Below are positions 25,715 through 37,630 of a stretch of 64,000 nucleotides of DNA, one piece after another. The position numbers were made by a program, and so were the translations under genes. The DNA lies in contig NC_043025.1 of assembly GCF_006345805.1 (NCBI RefSeq), positions 1,984,001 through 2,048,000 of the forward strand, in the 5' to 3' direction. The notes below the pieces were generated by a model. It was not told the DNA's origin. It did no database searches and was given only the letters and a program-made list of their open reading frames with translations. Source of the DNA: Octopus sinensis (taxonomy: Eukaryota). How positions within the stretch are numbered: position 1 is the first letter of the stretch; every line of letters begins with the position of its first letter.

Positions 25715-25936
25715 CATACATATACACATATACATACACATACACATGCATATACACGGACGTAAATACACGCACTCACATACATACGTATATTCCTACT
25801 AACACCCATACATTTCTATACATATATACAATACATATATACAAGTGTACACATACAATATGTGAATAGTCTTAGGAGAGAAGGTAATTGGGGGTGCTGG
25901 GGGAACGGTGGGGGTGGGGGGTTGTGGGGTGTGTCG

Positions 25937-27190
25937 TCAAACGGGTTGCCGGGTGGGTCTATAGTTTTTGTAGTTTGCATAAATTTTATGCATGCAATTT
26001 GGGGAGTGTTCCGAGATCTTGTTGAGGAGAGGGCCTTTGGCGAACAAGATCTCCAGGCTCTCAGAAATGCAAAGGTCACAGCAGGTATGGCCTCCTGTGT
26101 ACGAACGCGCCCTCTGTAGTAGTCTCCACTTGATCTTGAAGGGGATGGAGTTCCTTTTAAGGTACCAGATGTGGGCGGCGAGGGTAGTTTGGTTGGATTT
26201 GTCAGGTCGCCGGAACGAATGTGTGTGGGCGTACCAACGAGTCTTAAAGCTGTTTGACGTCATTCCGATGTACGATTTTCTTTTATCATCGGGGCCTGAT
26301 CGTACCTCGCATGTGTAGACGAGGTCCTTCTGTAGGCAGTTGTTGTTGAGGGGGCAAGTGGTTTTATCAGGGCAGTTGCAATTGCTATCGGATGTTGGAT
26401 GGGCCTCGGAAAAAGTAGATTTATTAAGTTTTTTCACGTTATTGTTGGCTAGATTCCTGGCTAGATTGGGCGTGGTAGAGTAGGATAGTCTAATGGTGTT
26501 CTTATTTAGGATTGTATAGTACTTATGTTGGGTGGGGAAGTGTTTCTGTAGGAGAGTGAAGAAGATTTTAGCTACAGGTGTAGCGACCTCACGGTTGAAG
26601 GGGGGGTTGTACCAGCTAATGTGTCTTCGCCTATTTTTCCTGGGTTGGCGTGGGGCTATGCTAGTATAGGTGATCTTATCTTTAAAGCCACTGCGGGCCA
26701 GGGCCTCGTTGTAATATGTTTGTAGCGGACAGGCTAGATATTCTAATTGAGACACCTTTTACTAGGTTGTCTAATATATTTTTGGGGTGGTTGGAATTAA
26801 TGTCTATATATCTAAGGGATTCATTTGGTTTGTGGTACGGGTAATAAAGTGAGGTTTTTAAGTCGAGGGTAACGTCAAGGAAGTTAGCTTTGGTTAAGTT
26901 GGATTCTAAGGTAATCCTAAGTCCTAAGTTTTTAAAAAAAGTGTAAAGATTTTTCCGGAACCCATCCGTGGTCCTGGGGTTTATTTTGTGGAGGGCAAAA
27001 AGGCCATCATCGCGGTAAAGACCACCGGAGAGGCCTGTGAATAGGGTCTTCAGCCTATGGAGGATGAAAAGGCCCACAAGGTCACTTATTTCAGCCGAGT
27101 CGCTAGCACCCATGCTGACGTCGAAACATATCCTAGCACACCCCAGTGCCCTTATAACCATCACCAAGAAAAAATGCTGACAAGAATGGT
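25937..27190 (-). pseudogene. Penelope-like RT C-terminal half, Cys-rich linker and GIY-YIG endonuclease (frameshift near 26720)
   Basis: MGASDSAEISDL, GLYRDDGLF, NFLDVTLDL, SNHP; CNCPDKTTCPLNNNC linker; LVYTC..SYIGMT..FKTRWYAH. Confidence 0.92.
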
Positions 27191-27222
27191 GTGCTAGCGA
27201 CTCGGCTGAAATAAGTGACCTT

Positions 27223-27874
27223 GTAGAGTTATGTGTATGTGTATGTATTATGTATATATACATATGTGTAAATAGGTATATATGTGTATGTTTATATGTA
27301 TGTATCCGTCTGTATAATGGGTAACTGCATGTATATATATTTATTATTTATTATTTGAGTATGCATGTATGTATATATGTATATGTTTGTATGCATGTAT
27401 GTATTTATGTATATAAGGATGTGCGTGTGTGTGTGTATGTGTATGAATATGTATAAACATATGTATACATTTATGCATGTATATACTTATGTGTATATAT
27501 AGATGCGCGTGTGTGTGTGTATGTGTATGCATGTGTGTATGTATATGTATGTGTATATATGTATATATATTTATGTGTGTATATATATGTGTATGTGTAT
27601 GTATGTGTATATGTGTATGGGTATATATATGTATATGTATGTATGTATGTGTATGTGTACATGTTTGGACTTGTTGGGTTTCTTTTTTATATATGTAGAT
27701 AGATGTGTGTGCGTGTGTATTAGTATGTGCTTGTGTATATATACGTGTATGTATATGTATAGATATATGGATGTATGGGTATATAGGTATGTATATGACT
27801 GGTGTAAGTATATATGTGTGTATGTATATGTAGGTATGCGCGTACATGTATGTGTATGTGTATATATGTATATA

Positions 27875-27939
<65 letters not shown>

Positions 27940-28937
27940 GTGTGTGTATGTATGCGTATGTATGTGTATATGTATATGTATATATATTTATTTGTGTATA
28001 TGTATGGACTAGTCTTCTGTGGGTGTATAGATGTATGTATGTGTATGCGTGTAGATATGAATTTGTAGGTACGTGTTCGTATGTATATATACGTGCATGT
28101 ATGTAGATGTATGTATGTATGAATATAACACATGCGTGTGTGTATGTGTATGAGTGTACGTGTGAGTGTGTGTGCGTGTGTGAGTGTTTGTGTTCGTATC
28201 AGTGAGTAGAAAGATAGAAAGGAAGGGAGAGGGGCAATAAATGGATTCTTTAGACTAGTTCCCTTGGGACGACATCACTTCAGTGCCGGGCTGGCTTGCC
28301 GAGGTCAAGATAAAAATAAGAATAAAAACAAAAATAAAAATAAAAATAAAATAAGGGAAGAAATGTGTGTGTATGTGTGTGAATGTGTGTGTATGGGGTG
28401 TATATCCCCTTTAATATATATATGTGTGTAGACATATATAAGTGTATGTATGAGTATGGGTATGGGCGTGTACGTAGATACATGTATATGGGTACATATG
28501 TACATGTGTATATGGGTGTATGTGTGTATGTGTACGTATGTGTATGTGTATATATGTATATGTGTATGTATGTATATGTGTGTATACGTATGTATGTATA
28601 TGTATACATATGTGTATGTGTATATGTACATACACACACACATATATATATGTATATATATGTATATGTATATGTATAAGTGAGAGTCTCCTTATTTACC
28701 TAAAACTCTATTTTTCTATTTATTCTTTTATTCTTTATTTATTCTTTTATCTACTTTACCACCGATTCCTTTGACCGCTCCCCTAAGAATGATAGTTTGC
28801 GCCATGCCTACCCCCAAAAAAGTCCCCCACCCCTTTAAACCTGCCTAAATGTATAAATGCCAAAACTACTCTTGTCACCTAGCTTCCTGATGATTTCTTT
28901 TGAATGAAACAGTTCTAGTCCTGTAGAAGCTCCTTCT
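27223..28937 (+). repeat. Inverted copy of the PLE pseudo-LTR (microsatellite-rich, ends at the hammerhead)
   Basis: Unique islands (cccattatacagacggatac, aaagaaacccaacaagtcc, cacagaagactagtcc, gatgtcgtcccaagggaactagtc, gagactctcactt) recur in reverse complement and in collinear order. Confidence 0.9.
28881..28931 (+). ncRNA. Type I hammerhead ribozyme motif in the PLE pseudo-LTR (plus copy)
   Basis: AGCTTC-CTGATGA-tTTC(tttt)GAAt-GAAA-CAG(ttctagtc)CTG-TA-GAAGCT; predicted cleavage after 28925. Confidence 0.88.
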
Positions 28938-28964
28938 TTAAATATATATATATACATATATTTC

Positions 28965-31110
28965 CCCAATGTGGAATGGCCTGGAAGGCAGATGCTCCCA
29001 GGGATGACACACCATCAGCTGGCACAGTCGGAGTCCCTGCTCCATCTCATAAATGCCTCTTTAATGGAGCAAATTGTGCTTCAACCAACCAGGGCAAATA
29101 ATATACTGGATCTCTGCCTCACAAACAATATAGACATTATCCATAATATTTAAGTGATGCCGACATTGGTCTCGGATCACAACATAACAGAGCTGTCTAT
29201 GCATGGACCAAAAGCTCCCGCAGACGCACAGCCTATACGAAGCATCCACAATCTCTCCAAACTAAACTTTCATAAAGCAAATTGGAAGTTGATTGAGAAA
29301 GAGATCCTCAAACAGGATTAGCCTAAATGTCCTTCCACACCATGAAATACAAACGTTTCATGTCCATTATACAACCCATATATGACAAATATGTCCCAGT
29401 GTGCAGGTCCAGCACAAACAAAAACAGGATCCCTAGAGAAAGGAGGATTCTTATGAGACGACGGACAAGGATTGCGAACCGACTGAGCAAGCACACCAAA
29501 AGTGGTGAAAAGTCTCGCCTCGAGAGAATGTTAATGGAAATTGAGAAATGTCTGCATCAGTCCCATGAAAAGGAGAGAGCAGATAAAGAAGCTTGGGTAA
29601 TAGAAAATATCAAGTCAAACCCTAAAGCTTTCTTTAAGTTTGCCAAAGATACAGCCACAGTGCGTCAGAGGATAGGACCTCTCTTCCAAAAAGATGGCTC
29701 CCTCACAGGAAATCCCACGTGGGTAAGTGAAATACTGAACGAACAGTTCCAAAGTGCGTTCCCGACACCTCTAGGACACAGGCAAGTAAACAAACCAGAA
29801 GAATTTTTGCCACTTTACCTGTAGCCAAAGAGGCAAAAATTGAGTACATCAACATTGAAGATGATGATATCACACTCGCCATAGATGAGATTGACACAAA
29901 CTTAGCTGTTGGACCTGATGGATTTCCAGCGATCCTTCTCAAATCGTGCAAACGAGCCCTTGCAAAACCGCTACAGCTTCTTTTTCAGATCTTTCTTGCA
30001 AGTGGTAAGCTCCCAGTCAAATTGAAAGAAGGGATAATATGCCCTATCCATAAGGGAGGACGCAGAGTAAATGCTAAAAATTATAGGCCTATCTCTCTGA
30101 CCTCACACATCAGCAAAGTCATGGAACGAATAGTCAGCAAGAAACTAATCATGTTCCTAGAAGAAAATGACTTGCCGACTGACAACCAGCATGGATTTCG
30201 ACCAGGTAGAAGCTGTCTAACACAACTCCTGCAACACTATGACTGGGTGTTAAAACAGCTACTAAATGTCTCAAGTGTGGATGTGATATATCTCGACTTT
30301 GCAAAAGCCTTTGATAAAGTCGACCATGGTATGTTCTGTCACAAACTGCGTGATTTGGGCATAGGCGGAAAACTTGGAGAGTGGCTGTACAACTTCCTAA
30401 AAGATAGAAGGTAGGCAGAACCACCTCCAAGAAAACACAATTAACAAGCGGTGTTCCACAGGGCACTGTCTTGGGGCCACTGCTGTTCATAGTGGCCCTT
30501 TCAGACATGCCGCTAGTTGCTAAGATGGCCACTCTTGCTAGCTATGCAGATGACACAAAAGTCTCTCACACAAAGCAAAACCCTGGAGATATTGCACATC
30601 TGCAACGGGAGTTGGATACAATATACAGGTGGGCTGAGGACAACAACATGCAGTTTAATGCAGGGGAGTTCCAAGCCCTGCGCACAAAGGTGAACGACAT
30701 GCAGACCGGATACACTGGCCCGGGAAGAATTGTAATTCCTGAGTCAAACTCAGTGCGTGACCTGGGCATTGACATGAGCAATGATGCATCTTAAAAAGTT
30801 CATATTACTAATTTGGTAATAAAATGCAGACGGTTAACCGGATGGATTCTCCGAACTTACAGAACAAGAGTGAAGGAGTCACTGATGGTCCTTTGGAAGA
30901 CATTTGTCCTCAGTCACTTGGACTACTGCTCCCAACTATGGTCACCACACAATATAAAGTTAACAGCAGAACTCGAAGCAATCCAACAAAGCTACACAAA
31001 GAAGATCGTCTCACTGCAACATATCAGCTACTGTGAAAGACTGAAAGTACTAAAACTCTTCTCCCTGGAGCGAAGGCGGGAGAGATATGCAGTGATATAC
31101 ATCTGGTGTG
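28965..31110 (+). mobile_element. CR1-like LINE, 5'-truncated and decayed (APE C-terminus plus RT)
   Basis: QPTRANNILDLCLTN..SDH; YRPISLTSHISKVMERIV; QHGFRPGRSCLTQLL; YLDFAKAFDKVDH; GVPQGTVLGPLLF; YADDTK; LDYCSQLWSPH; SLERRRER. Confidence 0.88.
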
Positions 31111-31139
31111 TTAGATAGTCAATTACATGGACCTCAGGA

Positions 31140-31285
31140 CATAACTGGTACTAAATTTATAGACCTCGAAATGATGGAAAGCGAAGTTGACCTCGGGGGA
31201 ATTTGAACTCAGAACGTAAAGACGAGCGAAATACCACCAAGAATTTTGCCCGGCGTGCTATCGATTCTGCCACCTCGCCGCCTTA
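31140..31285 (-). mobile_element. SINE family B, partial
   Basis: gacctcgggggaatttgaactcagaacg..cccggcgtgcta..ctcgccgcctta. Confidence 0.75.
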
Positions 31286-31297
31286 ATAATAATAATG

Positions 31298-31358
<61 letters not shown>

Positions 31359-31369
31359 TGATGATGAGG

Positions 31370-31418
<49 letters not shown>

Positions 31419-31430
31419 TAATAATAATAT
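31286..31430. repeat. (AAT)n microsatellite
   Basis: Seen directly. Confidence 0.95.
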
Positions 31431-31932
31431 CATGTACATTGTTTTGTCTTGGTATAAAAGATGGGCTACAGCAAATATTCTGCTCAATACCACAGATTTG
31501 CTTGTCAGTTGTTTGACCTTAACCAGTTGAGCATGTCCCTTAGTGGCTGACAATACGTGCATCTCTGATCACGAGCAGAAGTAGTGGGGGAGCATCATGG
31601 CCATGTGTTGAGAGGGATTCTTTGGAGTTTGAATGGTTCACCTCTGGAAACATAGGTGTTTCGTTCAACATCCTAAAGCAACCCTTATTCAAGGACATTT
31701 TGAGCAGGATGGGCTACTCAACCTGAAGAAAATTCTAACTGGGCCCCACCTGCAAGGTCATGTGCTGTTTATCTTGATATGAGATCACCATGTCGCGCAC
31801 ATATGGTTGTGATGCATGTGCCTGGTGTACCTTTATCAGACGGGTAGTCATGATGGGTATATTGGGCTTCGTATATTTTACCCCAGTGTCACTTTGATGG
31901 CATGAACTGCTCTCTCACTCAATAATAATAAT

Positions 31933-33939
31933 CACATAGCTGGATTAAGAAATGCCTAGAAATGTATAAGATAGCACCTGCTCTGCGAAAGTTTTTGTCT
32001 GTAAGTATGAGATCATGGAGAACCACACTAACTTTGAACAGTGACAATGAATCTCTAAATGCTGGTGATGTAAAAATTTCATGTGGCATTTTCCAGGGTG
32101 ACTCACTGTCACCACTCCTCTTTTGTTTATCTTTAATACCTCTCTCAAAGCTGCTCAATGATGCGCAGTACGGGTAAAAAATGTTTGATAAAACTATAAA
32201 TCATCTCATTTATATGGATGATTTAAAGCTCTTTGCAAAAACGACCAACAACTCAAGGGCTTACTAGCGATTGTCAAACAATTCAGTGATGACATCAGAA
32301 TGCAATTTGGCCTCGATAAATGTGCAAAAGCTACCTTTATCAAAGGAAAAATGACAGAAGCATCTAACGTTAACCTTGACCAGCAGAATGTCATAAAAGA
32401 ACTAGACCCAGCGAAGAACTACAAGTATCTAGGAGTAATCGAAGGAGACGGAATAAGGCATTCAGAGATGAAGGAAAGGATCAGGAGAGAATGCTATCGC
32501 AGAGTAAGAGCAATACTCAAGACAGAGCTGAATGCGAGAAACAGGATCGAAGCGATCAATGCATTAGCGATACGAGTCGTGACTTACAGTTTCAATATCA
32601 TTAACTGGTCAATTACTGAAATATGTAATCTTGACAGAACAATACGAAAACTGTTGACAATGCATAGAATGCACAACCCTAAGGCAGATACAGAACGACT
32701 TTATCTGCCAAGAAAAGAGGGAGGCCGTGGACTTTTAAAACTGGCGATAACAATGAAGATTGCTACAATTGGCCTAGACACCTACCTGAAAAACTCTGAG
32801 GACTGGATGTTAAAACTGTCTCAAAACACGAAAACAAGAAAGCATCATACTCAGTAACAAAACAGGCAAAGGAATATCTAAGTGAATTCCGAATACAACA
32901 AATTTCGGAATTAGAGATAGACATACAAGAAACAAGCACAGAAAAAGCTAAGCGCATGAAAACCCGAGCTGAATCTGCGGCCTTAGATATTCTGAATAAT
33001 AAATGGCAAGAAAAAACTCTCTATGGCAAATACCCAAAGAGAGCGAATAATGCAGATGTTGACAAAGCCCTGACCCATCAATGGCTAAAGGCCTCTGGCT
33101 TAAAATCTGAAACAGAGGGGTTTATCATAGCAGCACAAGATCAATGCCTACCAACAAGGAACTACCAGGCCAACATATTAAAGATCAGCCGCAGTCCAAC
33201 GTGTCGTGTATGCCGACAACAAAATGAAACCATTGATCATGTGGTCTCCAAGTGCAGTCTTCTAGCGCCTACAGAGTATCTGAACAGGCACGATAGAACT
33301 GCACAATATATTCACTGGGTAATCTGCAAAAACCTGGATTTGCCCCATGAAAAAAACTGGTGGGAACACAAACCACCCCCAGTACTTGAAAATGACCATA
33401 TCTCACTCCTCGGGAACTTCACCATTCAAACTGACAGAAAGATAGATGCGAATAGGCCAGACATCATATTGAAATACTTCAAACAAAGAACATGCCTCCT
33501 CATTGATATGACTGTCCCAATCGATATAAACGTATCTGTCAAGACCTACCAAAAACTGAGCAAATATAAAGATCTTGAAATAGAAATCAGCAAAATGTGG
33601 AAGCTGAAGACTAAAACAATACCTGTTGTCATAGGTGCCCTGGGAATGATAGCAAAAGGGGCTGATAGCTACCTAACTCAGATACCAGGAAACCCAAAAG
33701 TGGCAGAAATTCAAAAGATAGTGCTCATGGGAACTGCTCATATCCTATGTAATCTCAAGGTTTAAAACACACATTTTTTCTTTTTTTTTTAGACATCCAC
33801 CAGTACAACACAAAAAAACAACCAAATATATGGCACACTAGGCATAACAACAACGTGAACTTCCAACCTGTTGTCTCTTGAGGTCTCTGGGTGAGACTTG
33901 GAGCCAACTTGTACAAAAATAAAGCAAATGTCAAACATA

Positions 33940-33940
<1 letters not shown>
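31933..33940 (+). mobile_element. R4/Dong-clade LINE, family 2, 5'-truncated, flanked on both sides by (AAT)n
   Basis: Begins inside RT (HSWIKKCLEMYKIA); GIFQGDSLSP, YMDDLKL, CRVCRQQNETIDHVVSKC, ANRPDII, LIDMTVP, KLSKYKDL. (AAT)4 at 31921-31932 and (AAT)n after 33940. Confidence 0.9.
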
Positions 33941-33975
<35 letters not shown>

Positions 33976-33981
33976 TAATCT

Positions 33982-34165
33982 TCTCTACTGGAGGCACAAG
34001 GCTTCAGATTTGTAGGGAAGGGACCAGTCGATTACTTCGACCCCAGTGTTTCACTGGTACTTAATTTTGTCGTCCCCGAAAGGATGAAAGGCAAAGTCGA
34101 CCGCGTCGGAGTTTCAACGCAGAACGTAGCGGCAGACGATATAAGGCTAAGCATTTCGTCCGGCA
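33982..34165 (-). mobile_element. SINE family B, partial
   Basis: ctctactggaggcacaaggc..cgaaaggatgaaaggcaaagtcgac..cagaacgtagcggcagacga. Confidence 0.75.
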
Positions 34166-34427
34166 TACCAATAACAACAACAACAACAATGATAATAACA
34201 ATAAGAAGATCAAATATATATTGCGCGTGTTTCATTGGCAACAGACGACCATCTCCAAATAGAAGAATTTCTGCTTTAACACCCAATTTCAAAAATGCAT
34301 GAACGTAATAATATTAAATTTGAAGTAGAAATATTCCGCCGAGGTTGTCTTTGCCTTTTATCCTTTCGGGGTTGATGAAATCAATATCAGTTAAGTACTG
34401 GGGTCGATGTAATAAACTTACTCCCTA

Positions 34428-34524
<97 letters not shown>

Positions 34525-34745
34525 GTCTCTCTCTCTCTATATATATATAATATATATATAGATATATATATATATGTGTGTGTATGTGTGTGTGTGTATG
34601 TGTGTGTATGTTGAACCCCATACACATGTGCATGTACTCACACACACACACAAATGTAGATAGACGCCCACACACACACACACATATATACATATATGTA
34701 TATATATTTATATATATATATATACATAAACCTACATAAATATAT
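34428..34745. repeat. (CTAT)n then (TA)n/(TG)n/(CA)n compound microsatellite
   Basis: Seen directly. Confidence 0.95.
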
Positions 34746-34894
34746 GCATTCACACAATCTAAAGTGTTTTGTGTATATGGAATAATAATAAATTGGTATG
34801 CGGATGCTCACGTGAACAACTTAGGGAATTAGTACAGTCTTTACCCTCTAGTACCTGCATCTGCTGTGTGACTCCTGTGGCAAGTTACACAGGG

Positions 34895-35975
34895 TGAACT
34901 GGACGTCCCTAAATTTTCGAGGGTATGTTGTACTTGAGATAACCCATGTACATGAAAGTTACAATATGCTAAACACACATGGAAAGTAAAGCACTTAGAA
35001 TATCACTTTCATTCTTCTGCTAGTAGCAGAATAATTCAGTCCTAGATGTCATTTAATAAATTGATGCTTCATCTTGATAGTAAGGTCGGACTTATATTTC
35101 GGAAAGATCTACGAAAATTAACATCCATATCATGTGATGTATTAACAATAATGATTGTAGGTGTAGGTTTCAGGACTAATGAATGTCCATTACTTGAACA
35201 TTTGCGCTATCAGCCCTATCGTAAGCATTTGAGACAATGATATTCCATTGTCTCACACCCTATCGTCTTAACCACGGAGAGAACACAACACACATTGCAA
35301 TATATGTAAATCGACGGGATGATCACGATCGAAACGCCTCTGATCATAGTCTTGTCATCAGTGAACAACAAGAATACTTTACAACCAACAGAAATATATT
35401 CTGGGTGACAAGGAAAATTCGTCGGGTTTGCATTTTAGTAACTAGAGAGATGAGGTCGTGTCTTTGAGCAGATATCGCCATCCCAATAATCGATAAAAAC
35501 AATGGCGTTTGTTTTAGAAAAGTGTCAAGTAGATAAGAATATTCTCTGGGTGTTGTCAGGACACATGAAAAATAAAGTTCTGGTAATATAATAGAAGCCG
35601 AGGACACATGAAATCGTGATTAAGTATGCTACTCACGATAACAAGGTCGTGATTTCAGATACAGGACCGAGAGGTGTATTTTGCGCAAGACACTTCATCT
35701 CATGTTGCACAGCGACCATTTCAACACTTGACGTGTAGGAATGGTGACTAGCTGGAAAATGGATTTATTTTCCGGATATTAAAGAATTGCAGCCAATCAC
35801 ATACATCAAGGGAAAATACTACCACTCTCGTTTAAAAAAAAAATTAGATAATTTTTCAACAGGGTATTTCATTCAGTATGCTTATCGGATAGCAGCTGGA
35901 ACGTGAGACAAAGACTTATATGAGGCAATAGAATATTCAGATAAGTGGATAAATGATTTAATTTCTGTCAAAAAT
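34895..35975 (+). pseudogene. Decayed cadherin-repeat (protocadherin-like) coding sequence, copy 1, interrupted by a SINE-like head at ~35625-35710
   Basis: One frame 35237-35610 with stops reads PYRLNHGEN..VNRRDDHDRNA..SLVISEQQEYF..TRKIRR..IAIPIIDKNNGVCF..EYSL..HEK..IIEAED. After the insert: D*LENGFIFRIL, then QLERET (cf. EN, AxDxD, LDRE and DxNDN motifs at cadherin-like spacing). Manual motif matching only. Confidence 0.6.
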
Positions 35976-36371
35976 TCAAACTGAAGTCATATATTGATCC
36001 GGCGTTATAGAGGTAAATAAATTTTTAAACTTTTCTTTTAAGATTTTACATTTATACATACACTCACATATATATGATTTATTTTCCCCCTCTCTCTCTC
36101 TATCTTTCTATAAATATGAGACTTAATAGAATAACGTTATTCCTGACGTCCAATTTTCGGTGAGCATTTGGTTCCAAGCAACCATAACACCCCCCTTTAA
36201 CATAGCGAATCGGCAAAAGTGACCAATAAAATAAGACATACAAACATATGTGTGTGTATATTTATTCTCCATTCTCAGCTTGGCAGAATGGTATTTTTAC
36301 GCCCCCCTTAACATAGCGGTTCAGCAAATGTGACCAATAAAATAACACATACAAACATATAGACACACACT

Positions 36372-36437
<66 letters not shown>

Positions 36438-36439
36438 TA

Positions 36440-36595
36440 CGACGGGCTTCTTTCAGTTTCTGTCTTCCAAATCCACTCACAGGGTTTTGGTAGACCCGAG
36501 GCTATAGTAGAAGACACTTGCCTAAAGTCCCACGCTGTGGGACTGAACCTGGAACCATGTGATTGGTAAACAAGCTACTTACCACACAGACTGTC
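36440..36595 (-). mobile_element. SINE family A
   Basis: acgacgggcttctttcagtttc..gaggctatagtagaagacacttgcc..gggactgaacctggaaccatgtg..cttaccacacag. Confidence 0.8.
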
Positions 36596-36864
36596 ATAAA
36601 CCTATGTATATATATATATATATATATAAATATATATATACAAACGTACATAATTGCACACATTCACATACACAAACACACACAGGTACACTTACACACA
36701 CACACACACACACATACACGCAAATATATTTGTGCGTGTTTGTGTATGTATATATCTTGCTGCATCTTTATATAACCATACATGTTTACATATGACCCCG
36801 CGTAGCAATTCTGTGTCCTGAAATCCTAGATTGCCGCCTGTACATATATATATATAAATATATA

Positions 36865-36911
<47 letters not shown>

Positions 36912-36916
36912 CACAC

Positions 36917-36997
<81 letters not shown>

Positions 36998-37294
36998 TAT
37001 ATGTGTGTTGTGTATGTGCGTGTAGTTATTCAAACAATTACTAAAATATGTAGCTACACCAAGTGGGAAATTCCGTTTTAACCAGGGAAAAATGTACAAT
37101 TGTTCCGAGTATAAATTATTTGATAAACAATCCACATGACAAACAGTAGAAAAGTAGACATTTAATATAATTTCTAATACAGAATAAGCGGGATAAGAAG
37201 AAATAGGCGTAGCAGAGAGTCGCTGAGGATATCATAGTATGTGAGACGAAAGAATTTAAATAAACTCATGATAATAATAATAATAATAATAATA

Positions 37295-37336
<42 letters not shown>

Positions 37337-37354
37337 CAACAATAATAACAGTCG

Positions 37355-37545
37355 TTCCTACTATAGGCACAAGGCCTGAAATATTCTTGGATGGGGGGAG
37401 TTAGTCGATTATATAGCCCCTAGTACTCAACTGGTATTTAATTTATAGACATCGAAATGTCGAAATGCGAAGTTGACCTCGGGGGAATTTGAACTCAGAA
37501 AATTTTGCCCGGAGTGCTAACGATTCTGCCAGCTCTCCACCTTAA
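37355..37545 (-). mobile_element. SINE family B between (TAA)n and (TAC)n/(TAA)n tracts
   Basis: cctactataggcacaaggcc..gacctcgggggaatttgaactcagaa..gccagctctccacctta. Confidence 0.75.
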
Positions 37546-37558
37546 TAATGATAAATAA

Positions 37559-37605
<47 letters not shown>

Positions 37606-37630
37606 ATAATAATAATAATAATAATAATAA

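Larger units (their letters stand above)
22757..28937. mobile_element. Penelope-like retroelement insertion (Neptune-type): 5'-truncated RT plus GIY-YIG on the minus strand with a long 3' pseudo-LTR, and an inverted pseudo-LTR copy on the plus strand
   Basis: Coding remnant at 25937-27190; 27223-28937 is the reverse complement of ~25637-24490 plus ~23360-22757; a hammerhead lies near each outer end and (TA)n lies beyond each end. Confidence 0.8.

Noticed and set aside
22846-25775. Long YI/CV/HT-rich ORFs here and at 27.3-28.8, 36.5-37.1, 47.7-48.4, 51.8-52.3 and 61.8-62.4 kb
   Set aside because: These are translations of (TA)n/(CA)n/(TG)n microsatellites.
25890-25932. G-rich run with G-quadruplex potential at the PLE stop codon (also 22861-22890)
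   Set aside because: Composition only, with no comparative support; it lies on the antisense strand of the element.
31440-31932. About 490 nt of unique-looking sequence ending in (AAT)4, possibly another interspersed repeat
   Set aside because: It is single-copy in this window with no diagnostic motif, so it cannot be supported without a database search.
35350-35370. CTGATGA on the minus strand of the cadherin-like copies (also ~50617 and ~60625) and on the plus strand at ~44965/58880
   Set aside because: No downstream GAAA, no stem III and no closing stem I; these are not hammerheads.
35085-35610. Minus-strand ORF MSSASIILP.. conserved in three copies, with a GPCR-like FRRSFRN nearby
   Set aside because: The conservation is explained by recent duplication; there is no NPxxY or DRY, and the plus strand fits cadherin motifs better.
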